This document shows, in pieces, positions 57,679 to 64,000 of a DNA stretch of 64,000 bases. Every line of letters begins with the position of its first letter. The first letter of the stretch is position 1. Both the position numbers and the translations under genes were made by a program. Under the pieces are notes generated by a model. That model saw nothing but the letters and a program-made list of their open reading frames with translations, was not told the origin of the DNA and made no database searches. This stretch comes from a virus. The DNA lies in IMG/VR virus record IMGVR_UViG_3300009094_001034, positions 1-64,000 of that record. One strand, 5' to 3'.

Positions 57679-59655
57679 ATGGCGGATGAACGAGAGTGGT
57701 TCCCTTTTCAGCCCGAGCTCGGGCAGCACGTCGAGGAGTTCACGACGTTCGCTACGCGCTTGGCTGAAGCCACAGACCTGAAACCGCTGCGACTCGAGGT
57801 GCTCCGGGAACTCGACCGGGCGAAGAACGGCGCGCTCCCGCTCCACATGGTCCAGAGCATTGCCCTCGACCTCGCCGATCAGGGCTGGGGATTCAGCGTC
57901 GATCGAGACGGGATCGCATGCTCCGCTCCATCTGTCGCGGATGAATGCTCGGCGAGCGCAAAGACACGCATCCGTCAGGGCCACGCTTTCGAGCGCTCCG
58001 CCCACCTGCGCGAACCCTCCGTCCAAGACTTCATTGCGGCGATGGAACAGCGAAGGCTCACGGCGAACGGCTGGCATTCGATCTACTCGCTCATGCGCGA
58101 TGGCCGGGAACTCGGCGCGAAGTTGGCTGCGGCCGCGACGCTTGAAGGCGCCGCGCGCGAGAAAGCGCTTGCAGCAGCGATTGATCCCTACATCCAGTTC
58201 GTTGATCCGGATGTCGTCGACGAGCACACGGGACTCCTCCTCACGGACATCTGGCGCTACTTCCGGATGACGTGGGTGAACATGCACAAGTCCGTTCCTG
58301 GCCGCACGATGATGATCCTCATCCGCGACCGAGCCGCGGCACAACATCCGGTCATCGGGATCGCGGCGCTCGCGAGCGCCGTGGCGCAGTTGGACCTGCG
58401 AGACTCGTGGATCGGATGGAATGCTGCGGCATTCCTCGACCACCTGGACAACGAAGGGAACGCAGCAGATGCGAAGTGGCTCCACGCATCCATCGACAAT
58501 CTCCTCGACGCGATCTACCTGAAGGATCTCCTCAAGGAGAAGATCATCAGCAAGGCGCTCATCGCGACGCCTACCGAGGACCTGATCCGAAACCTCCGGG
58601 ATGCGGCAGCGGAAGCGAAGAAGAAGCACCACCAGAACGCCGATGCCGCGGCGATGAAGCGCAAGGACGTCGCTTGGGAGGAGAAAGCGCTCCTGCCACT
58701 CTTTCGCGCGAAGCGCTGCGAAGCGCTGGCAAAACTCCTCGGTATCCGACTCGTGTTTCAGAAGGTCGGTTTCAGTACCGGCTCTAAGAAAGCGCTCGAC
58801 CTCGCACTCTCGCAGCCCTCAGCGCGGACGGCGATCGGCCAACTCGTGCGGGCAGTGAAGTCGGAGCACGTCGGTATCGACATGATGGACATTACAGTCT
58901 GCGGCGCGGTGGCGCCGTACAACCGCGTGCTCGGCGGGAAACTCGTGTGCACGCTCCTCACGAGCCCCGAAGTCGTGCAGGCGTACAAGCGACGGTACGA
59001 TGGCCAGGAAAGCATCATCGCGTCGTCCATCAAGGGCGCTCCGGTACGCCGAACGCCACGGCTCGTGCTGCTCTCCACGACGAGTCTCTATGGCCGCGGC
59101 TCAAGCCAGTACAACCGCGTGAAGATCCCGGCGGGCGTGGCGGGCGGAGCGGACGGGGATGTCGTCGAGTACCGACATCTCGGCCACAGTAAGGGCTTCG
59201 GGACCTTCCATTTCAGCGCCGAGACCGTGCGCGTCATCGATACTCTTCTCGCCAGACGCCAGGACGGAAAGCGGGTGAACTCCATCTTCGGAGAGGGCGT
59301 GAATCCGCGGATGCGGAAGATCCGCGAAGCGCTCGAATCCGTGCGGTTGCCGAGCGACGCCATCTTGAATCACGGCGTTCCGCGCGTTGTGTACGGCATC
59401 GCGCTCGCGTCGAATTTCCGCGACGTGCTCCTCGGTCGGCAAGACAAGCCGCGCTACGTGATCCCGCAAACGAAGCCTGCGGAGCGGTCGGCCCGGCTCG
59501 CGGCCTTCTGGCGAACGCGATGGCTATCCAATCGCATCAATGATCCTGCGGTGCTCTCGGACATTGCGGAGCACACGCTGTCGTACCCCGTGACGCATGG
59601 AGCTCGCGTCGTCGGTCCGCCTATTGAAGGAGATGAGAACGAGACCCTATGGTGA
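57679..59655 (+). CDS. DruA/DUF4338-like protein (extended, 658 aa)
   Basis: WRYFR.TW...PGR, RD.WIGW, CGAVAPYN.VLGGKLV, TTSLYG..SSQYNR, G.S.GFG.FH. Confidence 0.8.
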   Translation: MADEREWFPFQPELGQHVEEFTTFATRLAEATDLKPLRLEVLRELDRAKNGALPLHMVQSIALDLADQGWGFSVDRDGIACSAPSVADECSASAKTRIRQGHAFERSAHLREPSVQDFIAAMEQRRLTANGWHSIYSLMRDGRELGAKLAAAATLEGAAREKALAAAIDPYIQFVDPDVVDEHTGLLLTDIWRYFRMTWVNMHKSVPGRTMMILIRDRAAAQHPVIGIAALASAVAQLDLRDSWIGWNAAAFLDHLDNEGNAADAKWLHASIDNLLDAIYLKDLLKEKIISKALIATPTEDLIRNLRDAAAEAKKKHHQNADAAAMKRKDVAWEEKALLPLFRAKRCEALAKLLGIRLVFQKVGFSTGSKKALDLALSQPSARTAIGQLVRAVKSEHVGIDMMDITVCGAVAPYNRVLGGKLVCTLLTSPEVVQAYKRRYDGQESIIASSIKGAPVRRTPRLVLLSTTSLYGRGSSQYNRVKIPAGVAGGADGDVVEYRHLGHSKGFGTFHFSAETVRVIDTLLARRQDGKRVNSIFGEGVNPRMRKIREALESVRLPSDAILNHGVPRVVYGIALASNFRDVLLGRQDKPRYVIPQTKPAERSARLAAFWRTRWLSNRINDPAVLSDIAEHTLSYPVTHGARVVGPPIEGDENETLW

Positions 59656-60146
59656 ACGTCCTTGAAGATCTGTACCACGTGAGCGCGACGCCGCGTGAGT
59701 TGAGTTGGCAACCGTCCCTGAAATCGAAGACGTGGGATGACGCGACGAAAGAGGAGATCGAGACGGCCCTCGATGCGCAGCGCCCAGCGCAGGCTCCGTC
59801 GCGGCGCAAGAGCTACTTCGCGTTCCGAACGATCGACGAGTGCGTCTACTACGCCGACTCGGAGGGCATCGGGCCGGAACGCCACTTCTACGTGGTGAAA
59901 CTGACGGGAGCTGTACGGGCGCCAATCAAGATCATCGCGGTGCCCCCTGCATTGTTGCCGTACCGCGACGCGATCTACCGTCACTACTGGAACGCCGACG
60001 ACGGGTGGAAGGTCTACGAACTTTTTGGCGAGCAGATGATCGTGCGGGACGAATACAAGGGCACGATCCCTGACGCTGGCCATGTGCTTGCGAAGTTGGT
60101 TGATGACCGGAACCGCCTGATGCAACTGGCTGCAACGTGGCGATGA
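59649..60146 (+). CDS. DUF2441-like (ADP-ribosyltransferase-fold) protein
   Basis: YHV...RP..APSR...YFAF...YW...YE pattern. Confidence 0.55.
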   Translation: MVNVLEDLYHVSATPRELSWQPSLKSKTWDDATKEEIETALDAQRPAQAPSRRKSYFAFRTIDECVYYADSEGIGPERHFYVVKLTGAVRAPIKIIAVPPALLPYRDAIYRHYWNADDGWKVYELFGEQMIVRDEYKGTIPDAGHVLAKLVDDRNRLMQLAATWR

Positions 60147-60598
60147 CCGATGAAGTGCTGGAGGTGTTGCGTCAGGCGAAAGTGCTTGCGCAGCGCTATC
60201 GTGCGCTGACGGGAAAGCCGCTCGGGATCACCGGAGAGGTGGCCGAGTACGAAGCCGCTCGAATCCTGGGAGTGCGACTTACGCCGGCGCGGCAATCGGG
60301 ACACGACGCCGTCGAGATCGTTGATGGCCGCGAACGCACGCTCCAAATCAAGGGGCGATGCATCCTTCCGGGGGCGAAGAAGAGCCAACAGACGGGTTCC
60401 ATCGATATCGAGAAGGCGTGGGATGCGGTACTTCTCGTGCTCGTCGACGAAAGCTTCGACGCGTACATCATCTATGAAGCGGAGCGCGACGCCGTTCTGA
60501 AGGCGATCCTTGAACCGGGCTCGAAGGGGAGAAACGAGCGGTGGGCGCTGTCGGTGAGCAAGTTCAAGGGCATTGGACGCGAGCGCTGGAAGCGCTGA
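60143..60598 (+). CDS. PD-(D/E)XK-like nuclease (DUF6998-like)
   Basis: GEVAE...GHDA...QIKGR; ATGA coupling. Confidence 0.65.
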   Translation: MTDEVLEVLRQAKVLAQRYRALTGKPLGITGEVAEYEAARILGVRLTPARQSGHDAVEIVDGRERTLQIKGRCILPGAKKSQQTGSIDIEKAWDAVLLVLVDESFDAYIIYEAERDAVLKAILEPGSKGRNERWALSVSKFKGIGRERWKR

Positions 60599-60614
60599 CG
60601 GTTATTCTTCTGCC

Positions 60615-61421
60615 ATGAACGATGTGCCGCAGCCGACCGCGTACGAGGAACGTTTCATTGCGTTCGTGGATGTGTTGGGTTTCGGCGCGCTGGTGTCCGA
60701 GTCGGGAAAGCCAGGTGCGGATGCGGCGGGGACAATCAAGCGAATCTGTGATGCGATTCTGTGGTCGCGGGAAGAACTCGAAGATCTGTTGAGTGGTTCT
60801 TCCGATTTCGTCTTTACGCAGTTCTCAGACTCCTTCGTGATCAGCACGGAGGCGTCGAATGAGACCCAACGATTCGGCCTCAGCCAGTTTGCCTTCGCAG
60901 TGCGCGCGATCATCGATTGTTTCCTCGGGTCTGACTTGGTTCTGCGCGGTGGTGTTACGCGCGGTCCGCTGATTCATACGCGTGAACTTCTCTTCGGCCC
61001 TGCGATGAACCGCGCGTATGAGTTGGAGTCTCGCGTGGCGAATGTTCCTCGGATCATCTTCGACCCGGACATCCCTGCCGTCCGTGATGCGCTGATGACG
61101 GACTACATGCCGGACTACGTGGCGAGAGACACGGACGGGTTCTTTTACGTCGACTACTTCTCCCCTACGAAGAAGTTCTTTCTCGTTCCGAGCTGGCTGT
61201 ACTCCATTCAGCGAATCATCGAAGCAATGCCGGTATCGGCGGCGCTCGCGGCAAAACGCGAATGGATGGTTGCGAAGTTCAATGCGCGCCTCGAGGGTTT
61301 CTCATTCGAAGCGTTCAAGGCACGGCTCGATGACTACGTCGACGACACGGACGCGATCAACGCCGTCATCGAAGACTACGAGAAACTCCTTGAGCCGGCG
61401 CGGCGTCTGCGACGGTTGTAG
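60615..61421 (+). CDS. Class III nucleotidyl cyclase-like protein
   Basis: FVDVLGF, FSDS, LRGGVT.G, FGPAMN.AYELES, PRI. Confidence 0.7.
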   Translation: MNDVPQPTAYEERFIAFVDVLGFGALVSESGKPGADAAGTIKRICDAILWSREELEDLLSGSSDFVFTQFSDSFVISTEASNETQRFGLSQFAFAVRAIIDCFLGSDLVLRGGVTRGPLIHTRELLFGPAMNRAYELESRVANVPRIIFDPDIPAVRDALMTDYMPDYVARDTDGFFYVDYFSPTKKFFLVPSWLYSIQRIIEAMPVSAALAAKREWMVAKFNARLEGFSFEAFKARLDDYVDDTDAINAVIEDYEKLLEPARRLRRL

Positions 61422-61469
61422 GAAGTTCGAAGGCGGTGACGCCCGACCATCACCGCCTCGACGAACGAC

Positions 61470-61811
61470 TTAGACCGTCGCGGTCTGGAGCAGGGCGAAC
61501 ACGTTCTGCCCGTGGCGGTTCTTCCTGTTCGCTGCGAGGCGTACGTCCAGCGCTTTCTCCTCCCTCTCCGTCAGGGGCGTGACGAGGATGCGCGGCGCGA
61601 CGGCGTACGAACGTGCGATCTGCAAGCACGTCGGGAGGCGGGGCGTCGTCTTGCCGGCCTCCCACTGCGAAACGGAGAACGGGCTGACGCCGAGCTCGCG
61701 TGCCGCATCCGTGATCGTGCGATCCGACATCACGCGGAGATGCTTGAGACGACGCCCGAACTGCTTGGGGGTGGTGGATACCTCGGACTCTGCAGTCGAC
61801 TGTACTGCCAT
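61470..61811 (-). CDS. XRE-family HTH regulator (repressor candidate)
   Basis: FGRRLKHLR...AARELGVS..SVSQWEAG...P. Confidence 0.85.
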   Translation of the reverse strand: MAVQSTAESEVSTTPKQFGRRLKHLRVMSDRTITDAARELGVSPFSVSQWEAGKTTPRLPTCLQIARSYAVAPRILVTPLTEREEKALDVRLAANRKNRHGQNVFALLQTATV

Positions 61812-61831
61812 GAGAATTGGGGGTAGGAAGT

Positions 61832-61862
61832 TGATGCGCAAACACTAAGTGTTTGCGCATCA
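61832..61862. promoter_or_regulatory. Perfect inverted repeat, putative operator
   Basis: TGATGCGCAAACAC-TAA-GTGTTTGCGCATCA between divergent HTH genes. Confidence 0.7.
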
Positions 61863-62011
61863 TTCTGCAACGAAGGTGTCAAGCGAACTTCGTCTCCATG
61901 GGTGCACTCTCCCCCGTGTAGAAGCCGCCTAACTCTCGTCGCAGCGTGCTACGATTTCTCGCGACACGACCACTCCGGCGTGACCCATATGCGTCATGAA
62001 GGAGATGGTCG

Positions 62012-62383
62012 ATGGCAGTCACCAGACGCGGCTTCCTGCAGGGGATCGCTGCCGCAACCGCGAGCACGGCCCTCGTCGTGCGGTCGAACACCCTCCCAGC
62101 CCCACCTGTCGAGGTGCTCGAGGCGGAGATCCTCGGCGAGGAAGAGGTCGGATTCCTCCGGCCACGGGGCGCGACGAAACTGGAGTCCTACCTACGATCG
62201 CGCGGCATCAAGCCGGCGCACCTCGCCCGAGAGTGCGGCTACAGCCGTCAGCATCTTCTCCGGGTTCGCATGGGGAAGATGGAGCCGACGCGGCGCTGCA
62301 TCGCGGCCATCGTCGCGGCATGCCGACGCATTGCACGGGAGCGCGTGCAGCCCTCGGACCTCTTTGAGTTGGAGCGTCCCTGA
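62012..62383 (+). CDS. HTH protein with twin-arginine-like N-terminus
   Basis: TRRGFL start; LARECGYSRQHLLRVRMG..EP HTH. Confidence 0.7.
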   Translation: MAVTRRGFLQGIAAATASTALVVRSNTLPAPPVEVLEAEILGEEEVGFLRPRGATKLESYLRSRGIKPAHLARECGYSRQHLLRVRMGKMEPTRRCIAAIVAACRRIARERVQPSDLFELERP

Positions 62384-62610
62384 TGACGTTTCCGACGAAC
62401 GTCTGCGAGTGCTCTCATCGCAAGGGGAAGCACTGGTTCACGACGACGAGCAAGAAGGCGCCGTGTCTAGAATGCGCGTGCACCTCCTTTACGCCGGAAC
62501 CCGTGTGCCGCTGCGGGCATGGCAAGAAGTCCCATGCGAAAGGCCCGTGTCATCACAAGTACCTCTGCGGATGCACACAGTTCCGCGACAGGACGGCAGC
62601 CCATGCGTAA
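62383..62610 (+). CDS. Cys/His-rich repeat protein
   Basis: C.C.H....H...C..C.C..F twice. Confidence 0.6.
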   Translation: MTFPTNVCECSHRKGKHWFTTTSKKAPCLECACTSFTPEPVCRCGHGKKSHAKGPCHHKYLCGCTQFRDRTAAHA

Positions 62611-62980
62611 GAGCACGACGGTGATGCCGCTCGCCGGCGTGTTCCGTCAGGGGCAGCCGCTGCTCTCCACTGAGGATCAGGTGTTCCTCCCCGCTGCGGC
62701 CGTGGAAGCGGACGAACTCGTGTATCGCGTCGCCGATCACTCGCTATCGGAGTTGGAAATCCAGCCAGGCGATCTGTTGATCGCTGAATTCAGGTCCAAG
62801 GCGCAGACAGGCGAACTCGTTCTCGTGCGGCTGGGAGAGCAGTGTTTCATCGGGCGCTGGTGGTCAAAACATGCAAGACGCGACGTGACTGGACCGGATG
62901 GCCAGACGGTGATCGCACGCGGGGCAGAAGTCCTCGCGGTCATCAATCTGATTATTCGGGGGTCATATGACACGCAGTGA
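62603..62980 (+). CDS. LexA/S24-like domain protein
   Basis: PLAG...RVADHSL...IQPGDLLI...GELV. Confidence 0.65.
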   Translation: MRKSTTVMPLAGVFRQGQPLLSTEDQVFLPAAAVEADELVYRVADHSLSELEIQPGDLLIAEFRSKAQTGELVLVRLGEQCFIGRWWSKHARRDVTGPDGQTVIARGAEVLAVINLIIRGSYDTQ

Positions 62981-63455
62981 ACGTATCCGGCACATATTTC
63001 TGAAACAGCGGCGCTTTACACGGGAACACGCATCAGACGCGCTTGGGCGCTCGCTTCGCTGGGTGGAAGCCAATCGATTCTCCAGAGAGAACGGCGGGTG
63101 GGTGTCCTGGCAGGAGATGGTGCTCCTCGCGTACGCGCTCTGGACCCGCGTGCAAATCGACAAGGCGCTCGGGGACGACGCCGCGACGGTCTTTCCGCCC
63201 CTCGCGCAGCTGACGACGCTCACCGTACGCGTCCCGATCTACAAGGTCGTCGGGCTTCGACGCGACGCCGAGCGGCGAAAGATGGACATGGATGAAATCA
63301 TCAACGACGCTCTCGAAGTCGATTGGTGTGAGGCCCAGAGTATCGATAAGAGAGCTCCGGGATTCCTTGCGGCGTGGCACTTCCCGTATCCCTTGTCCAG
63401 ATCGGATGGCTACCGCGAGGCGGCTGACCGACGTGGCGGATGTCCCGATGACTAG
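62967..63455 (+). CDS. Hypothetical DNA-binding-like protein
   Basis: Coupled 162-aa ORF. Confidence 0.6.
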   Translation: MTRSERIRHIFLKQRRFTREHASDALGRSLRWVEANRFSRENGGWVSWQEMVLLAYALWTRVQIDKALGDDAATVFPPLAQLTTLTVRVPIYKVVGLRRDAERRKMDMDEIINDALEVDWCEAQSIDKRAPGFLAAWHFPYPLSRSDGYREAADRRGGCPDD

Positions 63456-64000
63456 TGACTTCGACTGGCCCGGCGTTCCGTACAGCCAGTTCCTCCGACA
63501 GCAGCTCGCGGAAGCGACCGAGTACGAGTACCTCAACCCGCGCTTGGATCGGCGGTACGACCCCGTCGTGATCGGCGGGAACGCGATGCACCCGGTGCTG
63601 CAACGTGGCGACGTGATCCTCATCGACACGGGCAACACGGAGCCGGAGGACGGCCGGACCGTGGCCGTGCGTGTCGGGGGTGGTCGCACCATCCTTGGCT
63701 ACTGGCGAGATCGTGGTGGAAAGCCCGTGCTCGAGCAAGAGCGAACGGACGCGGTGATCGACCTCGCACAGTATCAAGGCTGGTCGATCTACGGCGTCGT
63801 CACGAAGATCATCGGCCGCGGCATCCCGCCGCATGCGCCACCACCCGATGTAGCATTAGAAACGGAGGCACCACGCATGGATGTCACGCCAGGACAGGCG
63901 CAGTGGATTATTGAACGGCTGATCGCGGAGCGGAAGGTTTCGAGGGCGGACGTCGACAGGTACGTGGGCGACATGGGGCGCGAGATCGAGGACATTGAAG
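63448..64000 (+). CDS. S24/LexA-like protein, truncated by window end
   Basis: Manual translation: GGNAMHPVLQRGDVILID...DG..VAV...YGVV; open to 64000. Confidence 0.65.
   Translation, partial: MTSDFDWPGVPYSQFLRQQLAEATEYEYLNPRLDRRYDPVVIGGNAMHPVLQRGDVILIDTGNTEPEDGRTVAVRVGGGRTILGYWRDRGGKPVLEQERTDAVIDLAQYQGWSIYGVVTKIIGRGIPPHAPPPDVALETEAPRMDVTPGQAQWIIERLIAERKVSRADVDRYVGDMGREIEDIE

Noticed and set aside
54356-59655. Complete Druantia type I system
   Set aside because: No DruE helicase or recognisable DruB-D in the window
60615-61421. Pycsar or CBASS
   Set aside because: No cNMP-binding TM/TIR effector and no CD-NTase; cyclase motif differs from PycC

Overview
GC-rich 64-kb segment that is almost entirely a temperate siphovirus-type phage or prophage, standard genetic code. 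Left to right: a 3'-half tRNA-fMet att core (1376-1423) beside a tyrosine integrase; a leftward replication module (HTH initiator with internal iterons, DnaB, RNase HI); a rightward accessory arm (small membrane proteins, CHAP and 3D wall hydrolases, dNMP kinase, metallophosphoesterase, SSB-like proteins, a ~730-nt structured ncRNA with a tRNA-Tyr nested inside it, groES-groEL, RuvC, RepB-type primase); a leftward morphogenesis and lysis arm (terminase, portal, MuF, ClpP, scaffold, capsid, connectors, tail tube, frameshifted tail chaperones, tape measure, Dit, Tal, fibre, M15 endolysin, holin) interrupted by an antisense OLD-family nuclease; and a rightward defence-like operon (two paralogous MORC-type GHKL ATPases, a DruA/DUF4338-like protein without DruE, an ART-like protein, a PD-(D/E)XK-like nuclease, a class III nucleotidyl cyclase-like protein) followed by HTH and S24 regulatory genes. 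The strongest candidates for something new are the dual-MORC/DruA-like operon and the GOLLD-like RNA with an embedded tRNA. Also notable: the element is a mosaic of Shine-Dalgarno-less and SD-led gene blocks, and the terminase has no canonical start codon upstream of its Walker A motif. All family calls come from reading motifs by eye; no searches were run.
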